64,000 nt of DNA, taken from the human T2T-CHM13v2.0 reference genome, Homo sapiens. This document shows, one piece after another, positions 18,266 to 33,695 of this stretch (position 1 is its first letter; each line of letters begins with the position of its first letter). Below the pieces are notes generated by a model. The model was not told the DNA's origin and ran no database searches. It saw nothing but the letters and a program-made list of their open reading frames with translations. The position numbers and the translations under genes are program-made. Location of the stretch: assembly GCF_009914755.1 (NCBI RefSeq), contig NC_060938.1, one strand, 5' to 3'.

Positions 18266-19664
18266 AAAAAACTAGCTGCCTACATAAGCATCATTTGTCA
18301 ACTCCACAATTCCTCATTTTCATACCCTTTCTGGATGAGCAGACTCATTAGTTATCTTCTTAACAAATTAACAAGCATTGAATTGGGCTTGAGAGCAATT
18401 CATCTAAAAATTTTTATTGAACATTTCCTAGGAATGACTATAGTAAAAATTCAAATTAGTAGTGGGCAGGAAGTACCAAAACCAGGGAATAAAATACCTC
18501 TTACAGAATGGGGTCTTAATAAGGCATTTCAGTCCAGATAGATTATATTAATAGGCTATACACTTGATATGCCCCAAACAAGGCACATTAATTAGCAAGA
18601 TACTGGTATTTATAATTAACACATCATTTTAAAAATTCTGTCACGAGTGGTCTTTAGGTTTTTATAATCATTTGTATTATAAATTTGTTTATCAAATTTT
18701 TCCTAATTTGAAGTAACATCTCATTATAAGTGATTCTCAATAATCCTTCTATTCCATGTTGTCCAAAGTGGCAATACTTCTGGTCCCAGCAGTAATCTGT
18801 GTCATAATCATTGTCCAGAAGGAAAACACCTAGTTGTTCATTCTCTTTATCATAGATGGAGCTGGAAGAACACAACGAACCTTGGAGTAATTCAATTTTT
18901 TTCCCACTCCTTTACAGCAAATGCCATTTTACCGCTTTCTTCTCCCCTCATGTCCTTGGATATTCCAATCATTCCTTCCAGAAAAACACATACTGAAAAA
19001 ATGTTTTTTAATGTTTAGAAGTTGGAGATAGAAGGAAATGAGCTAGCTAGTATTGTCTTCCTTGTCTTATTGGGTGTAGAGCTCTTAACTAACTCACTTC
19101 ACAGTCTCCAGGCTTCCTTCTGATTCATCTCCAGAGTCTACACCCTTAGTTACTGCTGTTATCTACTGGTTTTACAAGGACCACATAGAACCACAGGGCA
19201 GAGAAGTAGCTAGTGGACTCTACCCACAGTTTCCTGGGCTAGTCCTCCCTTATTTTATGCCACCAAAACTAACACAAAACTTAACTACAGTTTCTTACTT
19301 TGGGTCGACTTTATCAAGATTTCTAGGGGATCACTAAAAATATGTAATTACCTATTGCGTTCCTGAATATAAAGAAGAGAATTATAATATTCTCTATTTC
19401 AGAGTAGAAGAAAGAAAGTATAAGGCATATAAAAATGTGTGTGTGTGTGTGTGTGTGTATGAACACACACTCTTTATTTATATTTTGGCTCTGTTTTGTT
19501 TCTATGCGACTTGTGATTCTGTACTTCTTCACCCAGCTTTTCACTTTTTTCAAAACATTTTCCCTAAGAGACTATATTCAGAGATACTTTCAGGTATCTC
19601 TGATGCAGGTAGCAGTTACCAGTATCGAGTGTATCCTGACTAATTAGAAAGTCAAAGTGCTGTA

Positions 19665-19970
19665 GGCTGGGCACAGTAGTCCACACCTGTAATCCCAGCA
19701 TTTTGGGAGGCCAAGGTGGGCAGATGGCTTTGAGCTCAGGGGCTCGAGACCAGCTTGGGCAACATAGTGACACCCCTCCCCTGCCATCTCCACAAAAAAT
19801 ATAAAAATTAGCTGGGTGTGGTGGCACACACCTGTAGTCTCAGCTACTCAAGTGTCCGAGGTCGGGGGATGGCTTGAGTCCTGGAAAGGGGAGGTTGCAG
19901 TGAGCCAAGATCATGCCACAGCACCCCAGCCTGGGTGCTCAAAAAAATAATAATAAAACAACAACAAAAA
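19665..19970 (+). mobile_element. AluJ
   Basis: Diverged dimeric Alu with A-rich tail. Confidence 0.85.
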
Positions 19971-22129
19971 ATCTGGTAATGTCATTGATGAGGTTTTTGT
20001 TATTTTTTAATCCTTGACTACATGACAGAGCCAGCTAAGATTTTTAAGTGTTATTTTCATTCCCATTAAGAGATAAAACATTCTTGGTCACAGCAAGAAC
20101 CCGGACAACTATTTCACCTCTCTTTGCATGAATTTCACCTCAAACACACACATACAAAAATCTACTTCAAACAAACCATTATCATTAACTTTAAAAAATC
20201 CATAAACTCAGCAGAAGAGAGCCTTTCTCCATGCCATGACAGAGAAAAATACACCACTATTATTCAAGAGACCTGGGGAAAAAGGTTTGAAATTTTTTCC
20301 CCTTGAAAATAATAAGAAAAGCAAATAACAGTCTTTTAGATTCTGTGAATAAGGCAATATAGCTGAAATTTATTATACAAGATCTTCATAAAATCCTCAT
20401 GCTACTTCAAATTTCATTTTAGGGCTTTGTTAAATCTGATGGCAGAAATAATTAAAACACATGCGTTAAGAAATGAAACAATAAATTTTCCTCTGCTAAG
20501 TGATAAGTTAGCAGAGGAAAGTTCTGTGGAACTTCTCATCCACAGAAATCAGTTGTTATTCCCCAGGATCTAAAACAAGACTGCACTGGTATTTGTGTAA
20601 AGGGCTCAGGGTAGACACCAACCAGCATCATCTGGTGCAGCTGGAACTCATGAGAGCAGGATCAGCCCAGCTAGGTCCCTGCCCTCCCAGCCTCCTGTTG
20701 AAAAGTGTGCTTGGGCCAAATGGATAAATGTGCCATGGGGATGCCAGCACGGAAACTCCACCCCTTGATATTCTTCCATTTAATGAGGTATGTATAAAGG
20801 TAGTCTTGCGTGGGGGAATAAACATGTTAGATAACACACCAAGCAGTTTCAACCTGACATGTCTACTGTGTAGGAAAAGTCTCTCAGATGTCACTGCATC
20901 CAGAACTTGGAGACCTTGGGAGCCCTCCATCCCAAGGGACATTGAGTCTGAGAGCTGGCTCACTGTCAGGCAACTTAGAGGCCCCAGGGAAAGGGTCAGA
21001 TAGTGCTGCTTGTCTCCACAACTTCCAGCAGTATAGAGTTGGGTATACACACACAACGTATACAAGTATATAGCTGTGTGTTTGTAACATTTGAATTTAG
21101 ACAAATTTGCTTATACGTGCCTTTTCAAACATGTCTCATAACATATGTAACCTAACATATATGGGTGAAAACTGTTCACATGATTTTTTTTACAGATCCC
21201 ACCTTGAAACTGCAATTATTGGTCCCCTCAAAGATTCAAGAGAGCTCATCAGAAGTGTTAGCAATGACAGCCTTGCTTACAGGCAAATTATTAAGAGAAA
21301 AAACTCATTGACATCCACTGGGTACTTCACATTGCATTGTTGTCCTAAACTTAAGCACACTGGTCTTCCTCCTCTTTTCCTTTCATTTTTAGTAGTTTTG
21401 CCATCACCCTAGCTAAAAATATAAAGTCATCTTTGCTTTAACTTCATCCATCTCCCCCATCAGTCACCAAATACTGTGACCCTCCTTCCCAAGTTGGAGG
21501 GGAGTGTGACCTTCCCCCAGCACCTCCTGCTGCCTCTGTCCACACTCTCATTGCTCCCACCTAGGCTAGTGCAACAGGCCCTGGGTTGTCTCCCTGATGC
21601 CCCTCTGGCCTCCATAGTCTCCGGCGTTGTCTTTCACTCATTTCACAAATGCTCATTGATTTCTTACTATGAGTCAAAAGATGGGTGACTTACTGATGAC
21701 ACAAGGATGAACAAGACCCCCGCCCCCGCCCCGCTGTCAAGGACCTCGAAATCTAAAACACAAATTCCATTTTGTCGCTCACCTGCCTAAAATTCTCCAG
21801 GGGACCACCATGGCCTATAGGATGAAATCAGAATGTATTAGCACAGCACAAACTGTTATTGCCCATACTCAAGGGATCTGGCCCCAATCTGCTCTGTCTC
21901 ATCTCCCACCATTCTGCCCCATGTGCCCAGGTTGCAGCCACCCCAGCTACCTATAGCCTGTTCACCCTTCCAAGACTCAAGCAAACCACACCCTCTACCT
22001 GGAATGCCCTTCCTCTAGCAAACTTCTAGGCAGCAGCACCCTGAGCAGGTTCACAGAGTCTACCGTGGATGAATCAGAATGCCAAGTCAGCGATTTTCCA
22101 TAAACCCCACAAACGTGTGTACGGCACCT

Positions 22130-22325
22130 ACCAGGCCAGGCACTGAGGGCCCTTACATGATTTATCATTATTCCTCACAAGGAACAGGAAGCTACTCTTA
22201 GTATCCCATTTTACAGATGAGGAAACTGATACAAAGAACATCATATAATTTGCCCAAGGTCACCGATAGGAAGTGGCAGAGCCAGAATCTCAACCTGGTT
22301 CCAAAATCAGTGCTTTTAACTACTT
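22130..22325 (+). mobile_element. MIR (others near 22790, 24700, 49200)
   Basis: Core CCCATTTTACAGATGAGGAAACTGA...TTGCCCAAGGTCAC. Confidence 0.75.
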
Positions 22326-24489
22326 TGGTAAACAATGAGAATTTCTGGAGGACAGAAAGTTCTATCCCTGAGGGGCAGGCTACAAGGGAAGCCAAATAAC
22401 GCTATGAGAGGTTACGTGGTAACCATGCAATCGGAAAAGCGTTACTGTAACTCAAGTGTTTGATGGGGGTCAGGGTAGCATAAAACATCCTTTTCCACAA
22501 AAACACAATGCCTGTTTCTGGACCCAGAGACACCATGGCCTTGGGCTGGGCACTTCACCTGAGCGGGGCATAGACTAGCATGTATGCCTGCCTCTCCTCC
22601 TCCTGGGGTCTGTGGGTCTTTAGCTCTTGTTCTAATTAACAAAATACCTTCATTCAGGCCTGGGAGTCACTCCACCTCCTTAATGTGACTGGGCCCCTCT
22701 CTGCTCTGATGAGTTATGCTGGTTTTACAGTTTACAGCTCAGAGAGCGCTTATGTCTGCTATTTCTTGCAGATGTTTTCACTCTTGCCTCCACGAGGCGG
22801 CTAATATTACCCATTTTGAGGATGACAAAATAGTGAGGAAGGTCACAGAGCTGGTCCTCAAAGCGGGACTTGAACCTCGGCCTTCTGACTGCCAATCCTG
22901 TTCTTTCCATGCTACTCGTTGTTTAAGAGAAGAAGCCTTCAAGATCTGCAGCTAACCCAACCCCACTGGCTCCGCAACCCTGGGCCCAGCCTGTGCGTCT
23001 GCTTCCTCCCCAACTCGCACTGGTCTCAGCAGCCATCCCAGGAGGCGCCCCGGCTCCACGCTTCCCTGGTGCCTCAACTTTATGCACCCAGCATGTCTGG
23101 CCACAGCAGCCACCCACTGCATGCACCATACCTCAGTGTCTGTCCACACTACACCACAGTGAGCGGTCCTGGCCTGCCTTGGCGCCACCCTGCGGCTCCT
23201 CTCCTTGCCATCCACTCACACTCTTCCTCTGCCGTCTGTGCCACCATCTTTGCAGTTTTCTGCTCCCTTGGCCACAGCTCCAAGATTCTACCTGGTCTCC
23301 ACTGCTCCATCTGGACTCCTAGGCAGGCTCACTCCCACCTATTGTTCTCTTTTTAGCCTTGGCATTGTCTCCACTCTCTGCCTTTCCATTTATATGGCAC
23401 AGTAACTAAATGTTTTGCATTTTCCAACACCACACTGACTTCAACTCTTCTGTCCCACCATCAGACCGTTGGGGAAATTTTACAGGTCAGAAATATGTAG
23501 ATTTATTGTGCCTAGACATCATGTTTTCATTGGCACCACACGCAAAGAATACAAAATCCAAAAGGCACCAACGAATATAGCACATATAGTAAAATTAAGT
23601 CACTTCCTAGCCCTCTTCCCCAGGCCCACAAGCCCCCGCTTCCCCTACTCAGGGGCAGCAACTGTAAGCAGTTTCTTATGCTTCCAGACATAGTCCGTGA
23701 ACCTCTGACTTGGGCGGGATTGCCAGTGTTTCAGCAGCAGCATTGGCAACTTTCTAACCATTTGTAAATGTAATAGTATATAAAGATTTTTTAAAATTCA
23801 GCTTCGATTCCACCACCCTAAATTAACTCATGTCATTTCTCTACATTGCATCCCAATTTTTATCTACATACACACATTTTTCATTGTTTTAATCATAGTA
23901 TGGTTAAAAGTTTAGTTCTACTTCCATTGCTAATTTCTTACACATATTTCATCTTCATTATTTTTAACAGCTACATAATATTCATTTGGGGTAAAACTCA
24001 GTTCTTCAGTTTTTATTCCAAGTTTTCACAATTGTAAATATCAGTATAACAATCTATAATTTTTTCTTCTTTGAATTATTGCTTTAGGACAAGTTCCCGG
24101 AGTGGTAGTATTGAATCTAAGGAATGTTTCATGTCACATTTAGCCAAATAACTCTCTTAGAAAGGTCAGAGCAGTTGTAATTCCTCATACAGGTATAAGG
24201 ACACATCTTACTTTTGTTCCATCAAATACAATAATTATACTTATCAACAAAAAATGCTTCCTCATGATGTTCTGTTTATATATTTCTGTAATAAATAAAT
24301 AACTCAGGTCAATGTCTTCTCTTTAGGTTTCTGTGTTTAATGCAGACTTCTGTTAGAAGCAGTCCTCAGAGCCTGTTGGAATAATGTGAGTGAGTGACTG
24401 GTTGGATTTCTAGGACCTCAAAGAGCTTTTAGTTCTTTGTCGCGCCCCACATGAAAGGCAGTTTGGCAAGGTCAAGTATGGTGGGGATG

Positions 24490-24492
<3 letters not shown>

Positions 24493-24532
<40 letters not shown>
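24493..24532. repeat. (TC)n microsatellite
   Basis: Direct reading. Confidence 0.95.
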
Positions 24533-24535
<3 letters not shown>

Positions 24536-26099
24536 CTTGGTAACATTGTTTCATATCCACTGAGCTCTTTTTATGTTACTAGAAAATCCAATCGTGTTTC
24601 CAATGTATATTCTTTTAAGAGATCTTCTCTTTTTGCATGTCATCAAAGATGTATTTCCCTTATTATTTAAAATATATATAAGACCCCTCCCACTTTGGAG
24701 AGCAGGACCTGGACTTGAACTTGGACTCTTCACTTACTAGTTATATCCCTTGGGCAAATCACTCAGTTTCTTGGAGGTTAATTTCTATCTGTAAGATGGG
24801 AGATTAATAATATCTGTCTACCTCACATTGTTGTAAAAATCAAATGAAAAGATGTATAAGTGTGAGAACTGTTTCCTAAATGTTCGTAACTATTCTGTTA
24901 GACCATGTAACTCTTCTCTATTTCAAGTCTAATCTCTTATTGATTCTGGAATAAAGTATTCCTGCATCTTTAGTTATTGATTTAGGACCTTTTCTTTCTT
25001 TGGCTTACTCAGGAAGTCTAACTATTCAGAAATTGCAATACTCAGATCTATTCCCCAGATCTGCCCTCCTGAAGTGTTTCATTTCTTAATTTAGTTTCTT
25101 TAAATTCTGGATCTATTGCTCAGGTTTCTTTACTGATTTAAGTGCCATTTCTGCTTTGTGCAGTTTAAACATGATTTTCAATGTGTCTTTTGCAATAATC
25201 ATTACTTTCATTCTTTTTTATTCTGACTTTCACTAGGGAGGATGTAATGTCCACTTGATTTCTTTGAAAAGAGGCTCCAGCCATTTTCTGAATTCTGTGT
25301 ATGGTTCCCTGTGGTTGTTTCTTTCTTTGGGATTAATTAAAATAAAGTTTTTTGTGTGGGCTCATTGGGTGTTTTTTGAAACTTTTTTAGAAAACCCACA
25401 TTGATTTTTTTTCAGTTTAGTGCATTCTCCCTTAAGTTACTTCAGTGACTGGTCTTTGCTGTACTGCTGAAAATTCTTTAGTAACATTTTTCAATTAATT
25501 TTAAGAGAATTTGCAATTAGGAGTTTGACTGGTTTTCTACTCACTCCAATATTTTCCCGGATAATTTTTTTCTACCATGTCAGGCCTTTCTATCTTCTGA
25601 TTCAATGGAGTCTGGAAAGAATCCAAAGTCTAATTATGGGATTAGAACAAGAAAGCCAAGTACTTTCAATGGAAAACTGAAAAATGCCTTTTTGTGCTTT
25701 GTTGCTGCTGTTAAGGCTCAGGCTGAGTCTAAGAAAAGGGAAGAAAGATTGGAATACTGAAATAAAATCTTACCAAAAACGCTTTAATAACCTTACATAT
25801 TAGCTGCATTCCTAAAGGCTCTGAACCTTCCAGGCATCTCGCAAGCGGCAAGGGCCGCATTCATTTCTTTGGCTATAAATGAAGGGATGCTAAATTATTT
25901 CCAAGGTCACTTTTCCATCTCTGAATTTCTACAACATTAAATAATGTTTAAGCTGCGAGTTCAGGCATGAATTAATGTAACCAGAATTATTCCCACTTCT
26001 TGCTACCCTGCCCACAAAATGCACACACACACACCCCCACTTTGATTTCCCGATTTTTAAATTGTTCAAATCAATTGTTATGAAACATAAAATGAAGCC

Positions 26100-26820
26100 G
26101 GGAGAGAGAAAATGAGGGAACCGAATACAAAATTCCTCCCTTCTGGAATCAGGGCAGCCTCTGCACCCCCAGATCTCCTCCAACACATGAGGTACTTAAG
26201 AGGAGACCCCTCAAGGCAGCACCCTGCCAAGGCATGGTTGAGTCACCAAATCTCAGCCGTTTGGACTGTGAGGGGAGACCCTGCAGCCCTCTGGTGGACA
26301 AAAGTGGCATTACAGCCTTCTCTGCATCCAAAAGGTCACAGCCCATCTGAGATGGAAGCCTCCCAGGGTTCTGATCTATCTGCAAGCGTGACCTGAAATC
26401 CTAACCAAGGGCCAACCTGCCCAGGACAGGCTGGATCTTTGCCTCAGAAATGGTGCTTTTGTCATTTTGAGAAACATTATCCCTGCAGATTTCAGATTTG
26501 AAACTCAAGAAGGCTATGGTGGATTTCAAATAGGGTAATGTTAAATGGCCTACATTTTTACTAGTATTGTGGGCACTCCTACCAGAAGAAAAATTTTTTA
26601 ATTCCATATAATTCAGAATGAAGTTAATCAGAATGAAGTTGTTCCCCACTCCTTTCTTGTGTCCTTCCAGCCCTCAGGATGGTAGCAGCTTCCGCTGCCA
26701 CTAATATGTGGTTGTTTCACCAGCCCATTTGGCTTCTCAGCCCAGTCCAACGTGTAACCAATTTCCTGTTTTAAATTCCCTCTTTGAAATGCCTACAATG
26801 ATTTTGTTGTGCTTGGCAAT
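26100..26820 (+). mobile_element. Old ERVL LTR (LTR41/LTR33-like)
   Basis: 3' end CCAATTTCCTGTTTTAAATTCCCTCTTTGAAATGCCTA resembles this group; boundaries approximate. Confidence 0.45.
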
Positions 26821-27655
26821 AGGAATATGGCAGTGACCAAGACAGACTTCGTTCCAGATCTTATGGAGCTCATAGTCTAGCTCAGGAAAATAAATATTAA
26901 ATAAGCACTCATTCAGTTAATAATTATTTCAAAAAGGAAGTACATGAGAATGCATAGCAGAGGAACTTAACCTGGAATAAGGATAAATTTTGTAGTTCCA
27001 CAGGTGACACTAGAAGCTAGAAACTCTAGGCCAGCAGGACTTTACACAGAGACAGTCCCACAGCTATGATGGAAGCACAGAAAGTTGTGATGTTGCCTCT
27101 CCTCCTCCCTGGGTCCAGCAGGGAAGAAAGGAAGGGTTCCTAGCCAAAGGCGGAAGTGGAGGATTTCAGGCAGGATTCAGTGCACAGTAGTGACAGAGAA
27201 GCAAGGATGGAGTTCTTCTGACAGCCTGCAGGCACCCAAGAAAACTTGGCTCTGCTAGATCTGGCCAGGAAAGAAACCAAAATCTTGAAGGAATGTGTCA
27301 TCGCCCTGGCAACCTCCAAGCCACGGGAGTCAGACAATGTCCAGACCAAGCCTGACTCAAAAAATGCTTTCCCAAAGATTTAACCTATAATATCACAATA
27401 TTTCCCCAGTCTCCTCCTGACCAGCATCATATGATAGGGTACGAGGATGGGAGAACCAGCCTGCTGCTGTGCTCTCTTGTCCCAACAGGTGTCTGCTCCT
27501 GTCTTGATGAGCTCAAAACATCCTTATCTTCTCTACCTGTCAATACTGATGAACACCAGATTACTCAACACCCTGATGCGCCATGCCAAATCCTAACAAC
27601 TCTCAATTTATATCAGATGGGATAGGCATACTTTATTCAGCTTTGCTATTTAGAT

Positions 27656-28029
27656 CAGGGGTCCCCAATCCCTGGGCTACAGACCAGACAAGTCCATGAC
27701 CTGTTAGGAACCAGGCTGCACAGCAGGAGGTGAGTGGTGGGCGACCAAGGGAAGCTTCATCTGTATTTACAGCCACTCCCCATCACTCGCATTACCGCCT
27801 GAGCCCTACCTCCTATCAGATCAGCAGAGGCATTAGATTCTCATAGGTGCATGAACCCTATTGTGAACTTCATATGCAAAGGATCTAGGTTTCACACTCC
27901 TTATGAGAATCTAATGCCTGATGATCTGTCACTGTCTCCCATCACCCCGATGGGGCCATCTAGTTGCAGGAAAACAAGCTCAGGGGTCCCACTGATTCTA
28001 CATCATGGTGAGTTGTACAATTACATATA

Positions 28030-28060
<31 letters not shown>

Positions 28061-28216
28061 GTATATAATATATAATGTAATAATAATAGAAATAAAGTGC
28101 ACGATAAATGTAATGAGCTTGAATCATCCCAAAATTATCCACCCGCAAACCCCACAGTCCATGGAAAAACTCTTCTACGAAACCAGTCCCTGGTGCCAAA
28201 AGATTGGGGACTGCTG
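27656..28216 (+). mobile_element. MER1A hAT-Charlie element with internal (TA)n
   Basis: CAGGGGTCCCCAA...TTGGGGACTGCTG TIRs; perfect 8-bp TSD ATTTAGAT (27648-27655, 28217-28224). Confidence 0.9.
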
Positions 28217-30264
28217 ATTTAGATCACTGTTTACAAGATCTAAAGTTTTTTGAACAGAGAACTTCTACTCCCTTACCACAGAGGGAAGTCATTACTCGCC
28301 GTCCTGCCTTACAGAGTCCCCGATAAGGAATGAGGGAGAGAGCAAAGTTTCAAGTCTTCTCTCTCCAAGTTCACTGCCTATTCTAAGTTAATATTAGATG
28401 ACCTTAGAATGCCTAAACCATTATAACTCCACATATTACCCCCCACAGGGCCTTGGTCTGTCCTTTGAACTCCAATTACATTTAGTGTACACTGTCAAAC
28501 TCATGACTCAAGAAGTCATTATGGGTCAGTTGCAGCAACTGAGGCAGGCCAAGAAAAGGAGGGAGCTCTGATGTTGCTTGAGACCCTTGGATGAGGGCCC
28601 AGAGCAGCCCTTCTCAATCTGGGCTACATGAGCAAACTAAGCCCTAATGCCCAAAGGCATCTATTTTATGTAATGAATTAACTTATATTTCTCGTTCTTC
28701 TAGAATGGAACTAATTATGTCACATCCTAGAGAAACTGAGAAGACAGTCACTCAAATAATGTTCTGTAGACCTTAATTCTTTCCTGGAAATCCTGTTGAG
28801 AAAGGCTGGCCTAATAGCAAAAGTAGGTTCCAGTAATACTTTTGTCACTCTCTTGAACCTGTCTAATTCAGAGGACCGTACACAAATGATGACAGTCACA
28901 CAAGCATCAGCACAACGAGGGAGAAATGTATATTGAAAGGACATGGGTATAAAGACATAGCGAGAAAACATGGAAAAGCTACTAGGCAACCAGAAGAGCC
29001 CCAAGAAGGCCACACCCAGGTCTCCCGATGGCCTTTTATCTTCCTTCTGCACAAATGAGATACAGCAGATGCTTATCAATTTAACAAGAGATATCTGACC
29101 CCTCCAACTAACCAGACCCATTCCATTTTAGCAGAAGACAACCGAAGAAATTAAACCTATTTTTATCTAGCATGATCGCCTTTGCAGTGTCCATTTTCTG
29201 GATATATCCACACAAAACCAGCTTCTCCCCTCATCACCCTCACACTCCCCCACCCTCAGTCCACTGAGCCCTGTGGGAAGGAGTGAAGGGGTGCAGAGGA
29301 ACTAGTTACCAACAGTGACTATGTTCCATGGGATAAAGAAAGAGTGGGACACTGGAGGGAAGATTCATATGATCTGCCTCGTGGTCCCAGAGTTCTGCCG
29401 ACTGGGGCAAGGTTGAGCCACTCTGTGGGAGAGATGCAGTGGAAGGGTGGAAAAGAGGTGCTGATGAATCCCACTTAGTTTAGTGCTTTTTTTGGCAGTT
29501 GTTTTCTAGGTGTTTCACTGATGCGTCCTATTTCCTCAGCTAGCTTGTAAATTCCTTCAGTGCAAAGATGAAGTTTATGCTGTAAATCTTTAATTTTCTA
29601 CAGTGTTTAGCACACTGCTTCTCCTGCAGATGCTTGATCAGCATATTGTTGATTAATTAGAATCTGCTTGGGAGGAAAATGGTGTATCCTTGCAACAATT
29701 ACAGTTAAGGTTTATGTTGAAGTACTGTATGAATATCATGTAGCTTAAAATATTTAATACTTGTGCACTATGAGCCAAAGCTCTCCCCCACATCCTGCCC
29801 TGCTATGCTTCATGGGAACCACCCACCTTGAAAATTGGACAGAAACAGAATACTGAGTGGGGAGGGGGCCTCCTCACTGCTGGAATTTAGCAGAGCTCCT
29901 CCTGGAAACAGCCCAAAAGTCTCTTTCTCATCTAACTCTTCGGGAACAGCAGGCAAACCAGAAACTGACCGCCCATCTCCTTTCCACCCCTGCTGCCCCC
30001 TCCAGTCAGAGGTTTGTCTCATGCTACCCCCATGTGAAAGCAACGCTTTGCTGCTGAACTCTAGAGTCCCAGCAACACTCACCTCTTGCTACTCGCAGTG
30101 AGCAATCAGCTTGCATAGCCCATCCCCAGGGCCTTCAGGTCAGCCTCCGGACCACCTCTGGTGGGGTCCTAGTGCTCCTCTGTGGTCTGAAGCCTGTGAA
30201 ATCTGACTGCCAGTTTCAGGCTGGGGATCACAGGGCCCTGACCCCTGCTGTGGCTCCCAGATCA

Positions 30265-30807
<543 letters not shown>

Positions 30808-31136
30808 TCATCCATCCCTCCAACCTGGAGTAATAATTAGAAAGTAGCAGAGTGAACATGGAACCAGGAGAGAGAGTTGGCTGGTACTGAAGGATCTTTC
30901 AACCAGACAGGAGGACAAGCCTGCAAATAGCCTTGGCTGACCCTCCTTTGCTTGCAATTCTTGGGCAGAATGTACAGAGAATGCAACATTCTGAGATAGG
31001 AGGAAATGCCCAGAATAGCCCAGGCTTTGTCTCCGTCATTCCTAGAACAGCCTGCAATGCTTGGCTCACCAATCCAAGTGGCCTCTGAGGTATAAAACCA
31101 GAGCAGAATGCTTTCAGGGTCCCTCAGTAGTGGTGC

Positions 31137-31553
31137 TATATCAGTCCATTTTGTTTTGCTGTAAAGGAATATCTGGGCAATTTATACAAAAAAGAAGTTC
31201 ATTTGTCTTACGGCTTTGCAGTCTCTACAAGAAGCCTAGCACCAGCATCTCCTCAGCTTCTGGTGAGGTCCTCAGGAAGCTCCCACTCATGGTGGAAGGC
31301 AAAGAGGGAGGCAGCATGTCACATGGCATGAGAGGGGGCAAAAGAGAAAGGAGAAGGTGCCAGGTTCTTTAAAACAACCAGATCTCACATGAAGTAATAG
31401 CTGAGAGCTCGCTCATTACCACGGGGAGGACACGAAGCCATTCATGGGGGATCAACCCCTCTGACCCAAACACCTCCCTCCAGGCCCCACCTCCACACTG
31501 GGGATCACATTTCAACATGAGATTTGGAGGGGACAAATATCCAAACTATATCA
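31137..31553 (-). mobile_element. MST (MaLR) solo LTR, probably nested in an older LTR (~30900-31760)
   Basis: Ends TTTCAACATGAGATTTGGAGGGGACAAATATCCAAACTATATCA. Confidence 0.8.
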
Positions 31554-32030
31554 GATGTATAGTGGAGCACATACAGATAAGACTGCATCCACCCTGGGCA
31601 GCCTCCCTAAGCCTTGGGGGACCAGCACATCATGGATCCTAGACTTCTGTTGGCCCTTGCTCCCTGCCTGGGAGTACTAAACTTGCTTTGCCTGACATGT
31701 TGCACAAGTGCTCTGTCTCACCAAACTCATACACTGGCAGCTGGGTTTGGGCAAAACCTCCTGCCAGATCTAGAAACCTGCCAGATCTAGGAACCTTAGT
31801 AGAAGCTGGCAAGGTGTTTAGAGTTCTCCTCTGGGATTCTTAATAGTCGCACAGAATTCCCCACCAGGGATTAATACCCATGCACAGTATTCTGCTTAAC
31901 AGAGGTGCTGGTGATGCTGATGTGCACCCACTCTCCACGCTGCATCACACCTTCGGGATGTCCAGAATATTCATGCCTACCAGAACATATGGATCTTCTT
32001 TGGGACAATATTAAACTCTAAAAATTCCAC

Positions 32031-32333
<303 letters not shown>

Positions 32334-33084
32334 TAACTCACAGCCATCTTCATCCTAAATTTGATGAGTTTAGATCTCCCTCCTTGTGTCTTAATCATTC
32401 CATCAGATTTTTGAACATATTTTTGCTCTTTTCTAAACGTGTAGACAATGTTACGTCATGCACTGACAAATAAGGGTCATCAGCGGACATATGTGATGGC
32501 AGGGATCCCACGACTTCCCTGAGAAGATGAGTCTCCTGCCCTTTCCTTTGCACTACCTTCCAGATTTCATTTCCACTGTACTTAGAAATGATGTCCTCAG
32601 CCCTCCACTCATGGCCTCCGGTGGATTCTGGCAGTCAGGACTGCCCCAGGATCCCCACAAATCTGACAAGGATTTGTGTGACGCCTTTGCTAGGTCTCAT
32701 TGGTTGGTAGTGAGTATGTGGTGTGTTATCTTCCCTTCTTTTAACTACCTTGTCTTTGGGGGTAAATGCAAAGCAATTCTGTACACCTTGCCTCTCTCCA
32801 TCTAAGCCAAGCTGAGGGTCAGAGTCCTGGCATGACTATCCTGCCCTGTGGTCAGGCACACCTTCTGGCTCTGCTACAAGGCAAACCTGGTCTTCTCGTT
32901 TCTGCTAGTCTGCAAAAAAATTAACACTCAACTAACATGACCTTTACACCACACTTATCAACTTTGGCAAAGGGAAGCCTGAACTTTGGAAACTGTTTAG
33001 TAGGGTTGGCTGCCCAAGAAGTCAAAGACCAGCCTAGCCAATAGTATCAAAATTGACTGTGTTCTTTACAGCCATAACTAACAC

Positions 33085-33417
<333 letters not shown>

Positions 33418-33632
33418 TAGATTTTTATTAACGTATTTTAAGTCACTGTACTCAAATAAGCAATAAGATTTGGAATCTGATCTGCAGTGCTTATTTGGGG
33501 GCATCAAGAAGAATTTCCAGCTCAGTGAACTATACCCAAACAGGCAGTTTAATGTAGTATAGAACAGCCAGTATAGAGCTTTCAAACTGGCTCCACACTA
33601 AGAAATACATGTTAAATGATAACGGAATGCAT

Positions 33633-33635
<3 letters not shown>

Positions 33636-33692
<57 letters not shown>
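33636..33692. repeat. Compound (CA)n(TC)n microsatellite
   Basis: Direct reading; other (GT/CA)n runs at ~19436, ~37058, ~48847. Confidence 0.95.

Positions 33693-33695
<3 letters not shown>

Noticed and set aside
20628-21104. 158-aa minus-strand ORF
   Set aside because: No recognisable homology; ORFs on both strands suggest chance.
27221-27385. Protein-like open frame (QPAGTQENLALLDLARKETKILKECVIALATSK...) after a weak acceptor
   Set aside because: No start codon, partner exon or family recognised; BLASTX/PhyloCSF would be needed.
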